Source of the DNA: Ruthenibacterium sp.
GTDB lineage: Bacteria; Bacillota; Clostridia; Oscillospirales; Ruminococcaceae
DNA: 64,000 nucleotides
NCBI GenBank assembly: GCA_020025235.1
Contig: JAHHSL010000003.1
Coordinates: 12,263 to 76,262 of the forward strand
Reading direction: 5' to 3'
Position 1 is the stretch's first letter. Each line of letters starts with the position of its first letter. The notes under the pieces are model-generated. The model worked only from the letters and a program-made list of their open reading frames with translations, was not told the DNA's origin and made no database searches. Positions 18,790-29,000 of this stretch are shown piece by piece. Both the position numbers and the translations under genes were made by a program.

Positions 18790-20060
18790 AACATTCGCAG
18801 GAAACGAACAAGCGCCGGATCCACCGTCTTGCGCCGTGCCCCTCGTATGATGTGGAGGGGCTGGAAAGCTGGCTTTCTGAAATGGCGCAAAAGGGCTGGA
18901 TGCTGGAACAGGACGGGATTTTGCTCGGCTTTTTCACCTTTTCGGCATGCAGGCCGCAGAAGATGCGCTACCGTCTGGATGCCGCGCAAAAGCAGCCGAG
19001 CCTATGGGCAGAGGACGATGGAAGGCCGCGGCCGGAAGAGCTGGAGCTGAACGAAGCATACGATTGGGAATATGTCGATCATTACGGGGATTTTTACATT
19101 TACCGTTCTGCATCGGCTGATACGCGGGAGATGCACACCGACCCCGAACTGCATGCGATGACGCTGAATGCGGTAAAAAGCAGAAGGCGGGTGGCGCTGT
19201 TCCAGACATTCTTTTTCCTGGTTTTGTATCCGGTTTTGCTCTGGTGGCCGCGCCGTATTTCGGTGATCCATTTTGTTCTGGGCTGCAGCACATGGCTTGC
19301 ACTCTGCTTTTTGCTGCTGGCGCTGCTGATCGTCGTCGGCGCGCTCCGGGAGCTGGCGGCGCTTTCCCGCTATCAGAAAAAGCTGCGCGGGCAGCCGGTG
19401 CGTGAAAAGCAAACCGATACGGCAAAGCGGGCGGTGCGGCGCTATGCTGTGCTGGCAGTGGAGATCGTGCTGACAGCTGCGGCTGTTTTCGGCGGCGCCC
19501 ATAGGTGGTATGCTTCCGCCATGGGGGAAAATCAGATCCCGCTGCGCGAATATGAGGGTGCGGCACCGTTTGCAACGCTTGCGGATTTTGCCGGCCCCAT
19601 GGCGCAGGATTACCGCCCGGCCATGGAAAATGTGCAGGTGTACGGGAATGGCTTCAACACGGTGGAGCTTTCCCATGACCCGCTTGCACCGCGCATGATC
19701 GAATGGCGCGAGCGTGCCGATATAACGCAGCAGGACGGCACCGTGCTGAGCGGCATCTATACCGTGCACTATTATGAAATGCGCACGCAATGGCTTGCCG
19801 AACGGTTGGTAAAGGGGATCGGCAGCGAAAAACGGCATGAAAAAGGCTTTGCGGAAAAACCCGCGCCGGATATTGACGCGCAGGACGTTATGGCGTATGA
19901 GCTTTATTCGGAACAGCTGCTGTTCCGCAAAGGAAACATCGTGGTGCACGCGGAAATGGTCCGCATGTACGAACCGGAAACGGAAAAGGACGAAAGCTGG
20001 ATGCATATTCTTGCCGAAAGCATAAACGCCGCGGCGCAGGAAAAAGAACACGGCGGGTGA
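18786..20060 (+). CDS. DUF2812-domain membrane protein
   Basis: ESWLSEMAQKGWML...RYRLD...WEYV...IYRS...EMHTDPE; TM helices; ATGA overlap with padR. Confidence 0.8.
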   Translation: MKHSQETNKRRIHRLAPCPSYDVEGLESWLSEMAQKGWMLEQDGILLGFFTFSACRPQKMRYRLDAAQKQPSLWAEDDGRPRPEELELNEAYDWEYVDHYGDFYIYRSASADTREMHTDPELHAMTLNAVKSRRRVALFQTFFFLVLYPVLLWWPRRISVIHFVLGCSTWLALCFLLLALLIVVGALRELAALSRYQKKLRGQPVREKQTDTAKRAVRRYAVLAVEIVLTAAAVFGGAHRWYASAMGENQIPLREYEGAAPFATLADFAGPMAQDYRPAMENVQVYGNGFNTVELSHDPLAPRMIEWRERADITQQDGTVLSGIYTVHYYEMRTQWLAERLVKGIGSEKRHEKGFAEKPAPDIDAQDVMAYELYSEQLLFRKGNIVVHAEMVRMYEPETEKDESWMHILAESINAAAQEKEHGG

Positions 20061-20100
20061 TGCGCTGTACGGCGCACGGCAAAAGGAAACGGAGGAAAAT

Positions 20101-20487
20101 ATGACAGAAGTGGTGGCGGCACTGATCCGCGAAGGAGATCGGTTCATGATCTGCCGGCGTCCGGCGCATAAGGCGCGCGGGCTTTTATGGGAATTTGTCG
20201 GCGGCAAGGTGGAACCGGGCGAGACAAAGCAGCAGGCGCTCCGGCGTGAATGTCAGGAAGAACTGGCGGTCACGGTTCGGGTGGAGGAGGAATTTGCGCA
20301 GGTGACGCACACTTACCCGGATCTTACGGTGCATCTGACGCTGTTCTGGGCTTCGATCGAAGCCGGAACGCCGCAGAAGCTGGAACACGAGGATATCCGC
20401 TGGATCACGGCAGGGGAAATCGATCAGTACGAGTTCTGCCCCGCCGATCTGGAAATCCTGGAAAAAATCAAAGCATATCATGGGTGA
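20101..20487 (+). CDS. NUDIX hydrolase (MutT/NudG-like)
   Basis: Nudix box GGKVEPGETKQQALRRECQEEL; FCPAD. Confidence 0.92.
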   Translation: MTEVVAALIREGDRFMICRRPAHKARGLLWEFVGGKVEPGETKQQALRRECQEELAVTVRVEEEFAQVTHTYPDLTVHLTLFWASIEAGTPQKLEHEDIRWITAGEIDQYEFCPADLEILEKIKAYHG

Positions 20488-20494
20488 ACAAAGG

Positions 20495-20526
20495 GAACGG
20501 AGCGGACAAACGCTCCGTTCTTTTTT
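20495..20526 (+). terminator. Rho-independent terminator
   Basis: GAACGGAGCG-gacaaa-CGCTCCGTTC followed by T6. Confidence 0.85.
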
Positions 20527-20675
20527 AGTTCAAAGAGTGCGCCAGGATCTGCACCGGAAGACGCCTGCTTTGGTGGGCGGCACACGCGGCAAAAGAGCAG
20601 ATTTCTGTCGACTTTTTTGTGTATTTTATGCTATACTGAAAGAAAACGGCAGTATCAGGAGGGGACTCCTTTTTT

Positions 20676-23288
20676 ATGGAGCAGACAAGCAAAACACCGC
20701 TGAACGTGGGCCTTTTGGCACATGTGGACGCAGGGAAAACAACCTTGTCGGAAGCGATGCTCTACTGCGGCGGAATACTGCGCCGGCAGGGCAGAGTGGA
20801 TCACGGCAATGCATATCTTGACACCGATGCCATGGAACGGGAACGCGGCATCACCATTTTTTCAAAGCAGGCGGTGCTGCCGCTGGGGCAGTTTGCGCTG
20901 ACGCTTCTGGATACCCCGGGGCATGTGGATTTTTCCGGTGAAATGGAGCGCACCCTGCAGGTCATCGACTACGCGATCCTTGTCATCAGCGGAACAGACG
21001 GCGTGCAGAGCCATACGCTTACGGTATGGAAGCTGCTCGAACGGTATCAGATCCCGACCTTTTTGTTCATCAATAAAATGGATCTTGCGGGTGCAGACAA
21101 AAACGCAGTGCTGCAGCAGCTGCAGAAATCGCTCAGCGACGCCTGCCTTGATTTCACGCAGGAGGATGAGGCGCTGTGGGAGGCAATCGCAGTGCAGGAC
21201 GAAGTGCTGACGGAAGCGTACCTTGAAAACGGAACGCTTACCACACAGGAAATCGCCGGTGCGGTGGCGCAGCGAAAGGTCTTTCCATGTCTGTTCGGCG
21301 CGGCACTGAAAACACAGGGTGTGCAGGAACTTTTGGATGTGTTCGGCCGCTATGCCCGCTGCCCGCAGTATCCGGGGCAGTTCGGCGCACGCGTATATAA
21401 AATCGCACGCGATGCACAGGGCGCGCGCCTGACGTATCTGAAAGTGACCGGCGGCACGCTGAAAGTCAAGGACGTCCTGAAAGGAACGGATGAAAACGGG
21501 CAGGAATGGCAGGAAAAGATCGACCAGATCCGCATTTATTCCGGTGCGCGCTTTACCGCCGCCGAACAGGTGTGTGCGGGGACGGTGTGCGCGGTGACGG
21601 GGCTTTCCAAAACCCGTCTCGGGCAGGGGCTGGGCAGAGAAAAACAGGCGCAGGACGCAGTGCTGCAGCCGGTGATGAGCTGTGAAGTGCGCCTGCCGGA
21701 AGGGTGCGATGCGCACCGGGCACTGCAGGATTTCCGCCAGCTGGAAGAAGAGGAGCCGCAGCTGCATATCGTGTGGGACGAGCGGCTGCAGGTCATCCGT
21801 CTGCAGATGATGGGCGAAGTGCAGCTGGATGTCATCAAGCGCATGATCCTCGAGCGCTTTGGCATTTCCGTGGGCTTTGCACCCGGAAAAATCGTATATA
21901 AGGAAACGATCGCAGCACCGGCGGTGGGCATCGGGCATTTTGAACCGCTGCGCCATTATGCCGAGGTGCACCTTCTTCTGCAGCCGCTTGCAAGGGGAAG
22001 CGGGCTTCGGTTTGAAACCGCGTGCAGCGAGGACGTGCTGGATAAAAACTGGCAGCGGCTGATCCTGACGCACCTTGCCGAACGCACGCATCCGGGCGTG
22101 CTGACGGGCAGCCCGATCACGGATATGAAAATTACGCTTGTTGCGGGGCGCGCCCACATCAAGCATACCGAAGGCGGGGATTTCCGTCAGGCGACGTACC
22201 GCGCGGTGCGTCAGGGGCTGATGCAGGCGCAGAGCATCCTGCTGGAGCCGTGGTATTCGTTCCGCATCGAAGTGCCGCCCGAGCAGATCGGCCGCGTGAT
22301 CGCGGATGTGCAGCGCATGGGCGGCAGCTTTGCCCCGCCGCAGAGCACGCCGGACACAGCGGTGCTGGAAGGGCGCGCGCCGGTTTCGGAAATGCGGGGA
22401 TATCCTGCCGAGCTGACGGGCTTTTCCCGCGGGAAAGGGAAAATCAGCTGCACGCTTTCCGGCTATGAGCCGTGCCATGAAACAGCGGATGTGGTGGATG
22501 CGATCGGCTATGACGCCGAACGCGATACCGAAAATCCGGCGGATTCCGTCTTTTGCGCGCACGGTTCGGGCTTTATCGTCCCGTGGGCGCAGGTGCCGGA
22601 ATACGCCCATGTGCAAAGCGGCGTCGTACCGGAGCCGGAAGAGGATACACGCGCGTTCGAGCCGATCCGCCCTGCGCCGTCGCCCTGTGTGCAAAAGGGG
22701 GATTCTCTGGCAGAGGAAGCGGAGCTTGCCGCCATTTTTGAACGCACCTACGGGCCTTCCAAACGCAGGGAGCTGTTCCGTACAGCGCCGCAGCCGCAGA
22801 AGGAATATGTGTATGAGCCTTCCGGGCCGGAATATCTGCTGGTGGACGGGTACAACATCATTTTCGCGTGGGACGAGCTGCGGGAGCTGGGACGGGAAAA
22901 TATTGATGCGGCGCGAACCGCGCTGGCCGATATCCTGTGCAACTACCAGGGCTTTCACAAATGCCAGGTGATTTTGGTATTTGACGCCTATAAGGTAAAG
23001 CACGGCGCGGGGGATGTTGCAAAATACAATAATATTTTTATCGTATATACAAAAGAAGCGGAAACGGCCGATATGTATATTGAAAAAACAACGTATCAGC
23101 TGGCGAAAAAACGCAGGGTGCGCGTTGCTACTTCGGACGGAGCCGAACAGATGATCATTCTCGGGCACGGGGCAATGCGCGTTTCGGCGTCGATGTTTCA
23201 TCAGGAGGTGGAACAGGTGACGCGGGAGATCCGCGCGCTGATCGAAGAGAGCAATCGGCGCAATGAACGGTTCATGAAGTCAAAATAA
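20676..23288 (+). CDS. TetM/EF-G-like translational GTPase fused to a C-terminal NYN (YacP/Rae1-like) RNase domain
   Basis: AHVDAGKTT, RGITI, DTPGH, NKMD; EF-G domains III-V (MGEVQL, YKETI, LLEPW); C-terminal LLVDGYNII...VFDA...ETADMYIE...VATSD. Confidence 0.9.
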   Translation: MEQTSKTPLNVGLLAHVDAGKTTLSEAMLYCGGILRRQGRVDHGNAYLDTDAMERERGITIFSKQAVLPLGQFALTLLDTPGHVDFSGEMERTLQVIDYAILVISGTDGVQSHTLTVWKLLERYQIPTFLFINKMDLAGADKNAVLQQLQKSLSDACLDFTQEDEALWEAIAVQDEVLTEAYLENGTLTTQEIAGAVAQRKVFPCLFGAALKTQGVQELLDVFGRYARCPQYPGQFGARVYKIARDAQGARLTYLKVTGGTLKVKDVLKGTDENGQEWQEKIDQIRIYSGARFTAAEQVCAGTVCAVTGLSKTRLGQGLGREKQAQDAVLQPVMSCEVRLPEGCDAHRALQDFRQLEEEEPQLHIVWDERLQVIRLQMMGEVQLDVIKRMILERFGISVGFAPGKIVYKETIAAPAVGIGHFEPLRHYAEVHLLLQPLARGSGLRFETACSEDVLDKNWQRLILTHLAERTHPGVLTGSPITDMKITLVAGRAHIKHTEGGDFRQATYRAVRQGLMQAQSILLEPWYSFRIEVPPEQIGRVIADVQRMGGSFAPPQSTPDTAVLEGRAPVSEMRGYPAELTGFSRGKGKISCTLSGYEPCHETADVVDAIGYDAERDTENPADSVFCAHGSGFIVPWAQVPEYAHVQSGVVPEPEEDTRAFEPIRPAPSPCVQKGDSLAEEAELAAIFERTYGPSKRRELFRTAPQPQKEYVYEPSGPEYLLVDGYNIIFAWDELRELGRENIDAARTALADILCNYQGFHKCQVILVFDAYKVKHGAGDVAKYNNIFIVYTKEAETADMYIEKTTYQLAKKRRVRVATSDGAEQMIILGHGAMRVSASMFHQEVEQVTREIRALIEESNRRNERFMKSK

Positions 23289-23449
23289 CAGAAAAAAACG
23301 AAAAATACAGCTTGCCGCAGATAGTTTGTGGTAAAATGGAAGTGATCCGATTTGCATTTGAAAGAAAACATCGTACAGGAATGCAGAAAACAGACGGGCA
23401 GCCTTTTTAAGCACCACGGTGCCGGCTAAGTCTGGGAAAAGAGGGAACG

Positions 23450-24904
23450 ATGATGAGACGTACAGGGAAAATGCGGATGCTGTGCACTCTGGCGCTGGCG
23501 GGCGTTATGTCCTTCGCGGCGCTCGGCGCACATGCGCAGTGCGGACGTGCGCCTGCCGAACATCCCGAGACCCACCAGGAAACGGCACAGGAACTGACGG
23601 GCGGCATCACAGTATCGGCGCACAATATCGCCAAGGCGTCGTGGGCGCTGACGGATCGCAACCGTGCAACCAAATTCCAGATCCCGGCGGGAACATCGGT
23701 CACGATCACAAGCGAACAGGCGGCATCCTCCGTGTACATCATATGGGATCATACGCCGGATGACTGGAAGCTTGTCTGCGGTGACAAAGAGATCACGTTC
23801 GACCGCACGAACAGCTTTCTGCATCATTATACCGAACTTCCGGAAAAAACCACACGGATCGAGCTGGAAGCGGAAGACGATATGGGCGTTGTGTGCGACG
23901 TATATCTGTTTGAAGAAGGCGCGGCACCGGATTGGGTGCAGTGCTGGCAGATGCCGTATGAACGCGCCGATCTTTTGGTGCTTCCGACGCATGCGGATGA
24001 CGAACTGCTGTTTTTCGGCGGCACGCTGCCGTATTATGCGGCGGAAAAAGGATATCGTGTGCAGGTCGCCTATCTGACGAACCACAACGGCGAGCCGTAC
24101 CGCCCGCATGAAATGCTCAACGGCCTTTGGATGTGCGGTGTGCGGGCGTATCCCGTTATCGGCAGCTTTCCGGATTACTATTCGGAATCGCTCGATCACG
24201 CTATGGAACTGTATGATGTCGATGAAGTGCTTTCGTACCAGACGGAGCTGATCCGCCGCTTCAAGCCGTATGTGGTCATCGGGCACGATACTGCCGGTGA
24301 ATACGGCCACGGCGTGCACCGGCTCAATTCCTACGGCCTGATGCAGATCGTGAACAGGACGGCAGACCCCGAATGGTGTCCCGAAAGTGCAGAAAAATAC
24401 GGCGTGTGGGAAATCCCGAAGCTGTATCTGCATCTGTATCCCGAAAACGAAATCGTTATGGACTGGAGCGTGCCGGTGAAGCCGCTTGGCGGAAAAACGG
24501 CGTATCAGATCGCATGCGAAGCATATAAATGCCATGTTTCGCAGCAGAGGGGCTTTCAGATGGGCGAAAAAGACGTGTACGGAAGCACACGCTTCGGCCT
24601 TGCGCACACAGCGGTGGGGCCGGACGTTCTGAAAAATGATTTCTTTGAAAACATTGTTTTTGAGGAAGAAGCGATCCACCAGCCGGAGGAGCTTTGCCGC
24701 GAGCCGAAAGCGCAGAACAGTTCGGCTTCATCAGAGGGGCTGCAGCCGGACGAAACGGCAAAAATGCCCGCTGACGGCGCAGAGCAAACGGAACAGTCTG
24801 AACCGATCCGGTTTTCGGGCGTTCTGCTGGCGGTGAGCGGCGTGCTGATGCTTGCCTTTCTGGCACAGCTTGCGGTACGAAGCAAAACGAATAAAAAGCG
24901 GTAA
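23450..24904 (+). CDS. Secreted, membrane-anchored PIG-L/LmbE family deacetylase
   Basis: Signal peptide; THADDE metal motif; GHD..GEYGHGVH; C-terminal TM helix with basic tail. Confidence 0.8.
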   Translation: MMRRTGKMRMLCTLALAGVMSFAALGAHAQCGRAPAEHPETHQETAQELTGGITVSAHNIAKASWALTDRNRATKFQIPAGTSVTITSEQAASSVYIIWDHTPDDWKLVCGDKEITFDRTNSFLHHYTELPEKTTRIELEAEDDMGVVCDVYLFEEGAAPDWVQCWQMPYERADLLVLPTHADDELLFFGGTLPYYAAEKGYRVQVAYLTNHNGEPYRPHEMLNGLWMCGVRAYPVIGSFPDYYSESLDHAMELYDVDEVLSYQTELIRRFKPYVVIGHDTAGEYGHGVHRLNSYGLMQIVNRTADPEWCPESAEKYGVWEIPKLYLHLYPENEIVMDWSVPVKPLGGKTAYQIACEAYKCHVSQQRGFQMGEKDVYGSTRFGLAHTAVGPDVLKNDFFENIVFEEEAIHQPEELCREPKAQNSSASSEGLQPDETAKMPADGAEQTEQSEPIRFSGVLLAVSGVLMLAFLAQLAVRSKTNKKR

Positions 24905-24932
24905 CCGATACTGAAAAAAGGAAGCGAAAAAT

Positions 24933-26003
24933 ATGAAAGATATCACGATCGTGCTTCCCTCGCTGAACCCGGATCATAAGATGATCGAGGTTGTGGACGG
25001 GCTGCTTGGGGCCGGATTTGAAGATATCCTGATCGTCGATGACGGCAGCGATGCAGAACATTCCTGCTATTTTGAACAGGCGGCGCAGCATCCCGAATGC
25101 AGGCTTCTCCGCCACAATAAAAATCTCGGCAAGGGGCGTGCGCTGAAGACCGCGTTCAATGATTATCTCAACCGCCGCGGAAAGGAATCACTGGGCGTGG
25201 TGACCGTGGACGGTGATAATCAGCATCATATCGACGATATCGTGCGCTGTGCACAGGCGCTGCGCGAACATCCGGACAGCCTGATCCTTGGCACGCGGGA
25301 TTTCAACGCGCCGAATGTTCCCCTGCGCAGCCGGTTCGGCAATAAGCTGACGGTGTGGATGTTCCGGTTTGCATGCGGCATCCGCGTTTCGGATACGCAG
25401 GTCGGCCTTCGTGCGATACCCCGTGCGATGACGCGGGATTTTCTGGATCTATACGGAGAACGCTTTGAATACGAAACGAGCATGCTCATCGAGATCCGCA
25501 ATAAAAATATCCCCGTGGTGGAAGTGCCGATCCGCACGATCTATCTTGAGGAAAACAAATCGTCGCATTTCAATCCGATCCGCGATTCCCTGCGCATTTA
25601 CCGTGTGCTGTTGAAATTTGTCCTTGCATCGGCGGCGTCACTCGGCGTGGATTTTGTAATGTACTGGCTTGTGCTTCGCCTGCTGGGCCCCGCGTGCGAG
25701 CTTTCGCAGCGTCTGCTGGCCGCAACGGTGACGGCGCGCATCGTATCCTCCTTTGTGAATTATATGCTGAACCGCACGGCGGTTTTCGGCAATCAGGGCA
25801 GTATGAAAAGTACGGTGTTCCGCTACTATCTGCTGTGCACGCTGCAGATGCTGTGTTCATACGGGGGCGTTTATCTGCTGTGCAGGGTGTTCCCTCCGGC
25901 AGTGTACGCGGGTGCAGAGATCATCAGCAAGCTTGCAGTGGATTTCTGCCTGTTCCTTCTGAGCTTTCAGATCCAGAGGGAATGGGTGTTTAAAAAGCGC
26001 TGA
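24933..26003 (+). CDS. GT2 glycosyltransferase fused to a GtrA-like flippase domain
   Basis: VDDGS, NLGKGRALK, VDGDNQH, SDTQVGLR; C-terminal 4-TM domain NYMLNRTAVF...QREWVF. Confidence 0.92.
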   Translation: MKDITIVLPSLNPDHKMIEVVDGLLGAGFEDILIVDDGSDAEHSCYFEQAAQHPECRLLRHNKNLGKGRALKTAFNDYLNRRGKESLGVVTVDGDNQHHIDDIVRCAQALREHPDSLILGTRDFNAPNVPLRSRFGNKLTVWMFRFACGIRVSDTQVGLRAIPRAMTRDFLDLYGERFEYETSMLIEIRNKNIPVVEVPIRTIYLEENKSSHFNPIRDSLRIYRVLLKFVLASAASLGVDFVMYWLVLRLLGPACELSQRLLAATVTARIVSSFVNYMLNRTAVFGNQGSMKSTVFRYYLLCTLQMLCSYGGVYLLCRVFPPAVYAGAEIISKLAVDFCLFLLSFQIQREWVFKKR

Positions 26004-26026
26004 TTGGGAGAGAGAAGGAAAAACAA

Positions 26027-27124
26027 ATGGAAAACATGACCTATTGGAACGAGGAAGAACAGCAAGAAAGGGAAACCCGGCAGGAAGCAGAGCAGCCACA
26101 AACCGAGAAGCCGGTGCAGAAATCGGCAAAGAAGAAAAAAAGCAATGCCGCCGTGCTGGCACAGCGCATCGGCCTGTGCGTTCTTTCACTGCTGGTTTCG
26201 GTTTTGATTTTTGCATTTTCCGGCATGGCGATCATCTGCTATGGGCCGAGCGAAGCGGCGCGCGATCTTTTTGTGGTTTCCGTTATGGAAACCAGCGCGG
26301 CAAAATTCCTTGCACATCTGTATTTCAGCGAGGAAGAGGTCGAAGCGATCCTTGCCGATAATGCCGTGCAGGAAACGCAGGAAGTCACCGACGAAGCACT
26401 TGTTGAGATGCCGCAGGAGGATGCGCAGGATTTTGACCTGAACGGACTGGAGATCGTGGACGTCAAAGGCAGCACCTTCAAGGGAAAAATGATGATCGTA
26501 AACGACCCTTCCCGCGTGTATGTGGCTGCACCGCCGAGCTTTGGGGCGGATGTTGCAGGCATGCGCGTAGCGGAAATGGTGGAGCGCGACGGGGCAATTG
26601 CAGGTGTGAACGCGGGCGGCTTTGCAGACGAAGGCGGCATGGGGCTTGGCGGTCAGCCGCTGGGCATCGTCATCCAGGGGGGCGAGCTTGTGTACGGTTC
26701 GCGCAGTGCTTCTTCCAGCGTGATCGGCTTTGATGCGGAAAACCGCCTGATCGTCGGGCAGATGACAGGAGAGCAGGCGCTGGAACGCGGCCTGCGCGAC
26801 GCTGTCAGCTTCGGGCCTGTGCTTGTCGTCAACGGCGAACCGGCCGAAGTGAACGGTACCGGCGGCGGGCTGAATCCGCGCACCGCGATCGGGCAGCGCA
26901 AGGACGGCGCCGTTCTGATTTTGGTGATCGACGGACGGCAGGCACACAGCATCGGTGCAACCTATAATGACCTTGTTGACGTGATGCTGCAGTTTGGAGC
27001 AATCAATGCCGCAAATCTGGACGGCGGATCGTCGTCCCTGATGATTTATGAAAACGAGATTATCACAACATGTGCTTCGCTGTACGGCCCGCGCAAGGTG
27101 CCGACGGCGATCCTTGTGAAATAA
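26027..27124 (+). CDS. Phosphodiester glycosidase (NAGPA/EpsL-like) family protein
   Basis: N-terminal TM; VNAGGF, NPRTAIGQ, VIDGRQ, AANLDGGSSS. Confidence 0.9.
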   Translation: MENMTYWNEEEQQERETRQEAEQPQTEKPVQKSAKKKKSNAAVLAQRIGLCVLSLLVSVLIFAFSGMAIICYGPSEAARDLFVVSVMETSAAKFLAHLYFSEEEVEAILADNAVQETQEVTDEALVEMPQEDAQDFDLNGLEIVDVKGSTFKGKMMIVNDPSRVYVAAPPSFGADVAGMRVAEMVERDGAIAGVNAGGFADEGGMGLGGQPLGIVIQGGELVYGSRSASSSVIGFDAENRLIVGQMTGEQALERGLRDAVSFGPVLVVNGEPAEVNGTGGGLNPRTAIGQRKDGAVLILVIDGRQAHSIGATYNDLVDVMLQFGAINAANLDGGSSSLMIYENEIITTCASLYGPRKVPTAILVK

Positions 27125-27154
27125 TGCCGCAGGGCAGAGGAAGGGCATGATCGA

Positions 27155-28225
27155 ATGAATCCCAAAAAAGAAAAAAGCGGTTTCACCGGCTTTAAAAAGT
27201 TCATGGCGGTATTTCTGGCCGTTCAGGTGGTGGTTATCTGCTGCGGCCTTATCTATCTGTGGCAGGCGCTGAGATCATACGAAAGCAGCATGCCGGTGCA
27301 CGCTGCAGAATATGCACTGGAGCTGTTTGAAAACCGACGGTTCGAGGCGATTCGCGATAAAAGCGGATTTGCACCGACTGCCCATGTATCGGAAGAAGAT
27401 TTTGATGCATATCTTGGGCAGAAACTGGACGCAGCCGGTGAACTGGAACTGAAAAAATACCGCTCCGGCGAGCAGGAGGCGATCTACCTTGTAAAAGCGG
27501 GGGAGGATACACTGGCAAAGGTGGTTCTGGAAAAAAAGCAGGAAAGCGACGCCTTTGGAAACACCGGCTGGAAGATCGCAAAGCTGCAGGACGTCTTTGC
27601 AATGCAGCAGCCCTGTGTCGTGCTTGCACCGGAATTTGCAGTGCTTTCGGCAAACGGTGAGCCTGTCAGCGAGGATTTCCGCACGCTGCAGCAGACGCAG
27701 TATTACGCGGGCCTGCCGGAGGGCATGGAAACCCCGATCCAGGCATGCTATACGCTGGAAGGCTTCCTGACCGCACCGGAACTGACGGCACAGGCGCCCG
27801 GTGTGCAGGAGTGCGTGATCCGTGAGACAGAGCAGCCGAATGTCTATGAGGTAAAGGCGCTTCTTTCCGAAGAACAGGCTGCCGAAGTGCAGGAACTTGC
27901 CGTGGAGGCGGCAAAGGTGTACGCGCGCTTTATCAGCGAGGACGCCAGCTTCAAGCAGGTTGCAAAATACCTTGTGCGTGAAAGTGATTTCTATAACAGC
28001 CTGAAAACGTTCTACAACGGCTGGTATGCAGACCATACCTCCTATGAGTTTGAAAATATGCAGACGGAAGAATTTACGGCATACAGTCCGGATCATATTT
28101 CCTGCAAGGTCAGCTTTACCTATGTGATCAACAGCGGGGGACGCCACGAATACCCGAGCGCCTATGAGATTTTTATGGTGCGGACAGAGGACGGCTGGCG
28201 CGTCGCCAGCATGGACGTTCTTTAA
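27155..28225 (+). CDS. Membrane-anchored extracytoplasmic hypothetical protein (possible NTF2-like C-terminal domain)
   Basis: N-terminal TM; acidic ectodomain ending ...FMVRTEDGWRVASM. Confidence 0.7.
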   Translation: MNPKKEKSGFTGFKKFMAVFLAVQVVVICCGLIYLWQALRSYESSMPVHAAEYALELFENRRFEAIRDKSGFAPTAHVSEEDFDAYLGQKLDAAGELELKKYRSGEQEAIYLVKAGEDTLAKVVLEKKQESDAFGNTGWKIAKLQDVFAMQQPCVVLAPEFAVLSANGEPVSEDFRTLQQTQYYAGLPEGMETPIQACYTLEGFLTAPELTAQAPGVQECVIRETEQPNVYEVKALLSEEQAAEVQELAVEAAKVYARFISEDASFKQVAKYLVRESDFYNSLKTFYNGWYADHTSYEFENMQTEEFTAYSPDHISCKVSFTYVINSGGRHEYPSAYEIFMVRTEDGWRVASMDVL

Positions 28226-28234
28226 TTGAAAAGC

Positions 28235-28275
28235 AAAGGCCCCGGCAGAGCATGCGCTCTTGCCGGGGCCTTTTT
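28235..28275. terminator. Terminator between convergent genes
   Basis: AAAGGCCCCGGCA...TGCCGGGGCCTTTTT. Confidence 0.8.
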
Positions 28276-28314
28276 GATTCGTCTTTTTGCGGGACGGGCA
28301 AATGATCGGAACGG

Positions 28315-28878
28315 TTACAGCAGAATATCCTCCAGCGTGCGCTTGGGCACATGGATCACGCCGTTTTCATCGCGGTAATACCGGATGTTTTCGGTAATGC
28401 CGGTCGTCTGCGAATGTTCGGCAGGGTAGCCGAGTGCGATCAGCGTATGGATGCAGCATTCGTCCGGAAGCTGCAAAAGCGCATGGATCTCCTTGCGGTC
28501 GATGCTGCCCATCCAGCATGCGCCCAGCCCTTCGTATACAGCGGAAAGCAGCAGATTTTCCACGGCGGCACCGGCGTCCGGTGTTTCCGTGATATCACGG
28601 ATCGAACGGTCGATGCAAACGACGATGAAAGCGGTGGGCTGTTCGCCCTTTTTCGGGGCGCCGTTCGGGGCAAGATAAGCGGCCCAGCGCACAAGCGGCT
28701 GCATGGCTGCGACGGTTTCGCTGTCGGATACGATCTTGTATTTCAGCGGCTGCAGATTGGCTGCGCTGGGCGCAAGGCGCGCGGCGTCAACCAGACGCAG
28801 CAGAACCTCCTGCGGGATCGGCTGCTGTGTGAATTTGCGGATCGTGCGCCGGTTTTGGATCATATCGTAAAATTCCAT
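28315..28878 (-). CDS. Nitroreductase family protein
   Basis: RRTIRKF, APSAANLQP, GLGACWMG, IALGYPAE. Confidence 0.92.
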   Translation of the reverse strand: MEFYDMIQNRRTIRKFTQQPIPQEVLLRLVDAARLAPSAANLQPLKYKIVSDSETVAAMQPLVRWAAYLAPNGAPKKGEQPTAFIVVCIDRSIRDITETPDAGAAVENLLLSAVYEGLGACWMGSIDRKEIHALLQLPDECCIHTLIALGYPAEHSQTTGITENIRYYRDENGVIHVPKRTLEDILL

Positions 28879-28944
28879 AATGCATCCCTTTCCGTTCTGC
28901 GGATTTTCTATCGCCATTATAGCAGAAAAGCAGGCAGATGAAAA

Positions 28945-28976
28945 GCAAAAGCCCCCTGAAAACAGGGGGCTTTTGC
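28945..28976 (-). terminator. Hairpin/terminator downstream of degV
   Basis: Perfect inverted repeat GCAAAAGCCCCCTG-aaaa-CAGGGGGCTTTTGC. Confidence 0.75.
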
Positions 28977-29000
28977 AGGGAGAAAGAAGAAAAATGAAAA

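Noticed and set aside
20676..23288. Calling this a tet(M)/tet(W)/tet(O) resistance gene
   Set aside because: It is 870 aa with an NYN fusion, has host-like composition and no mobile context; true protection proteins are about 640 aa
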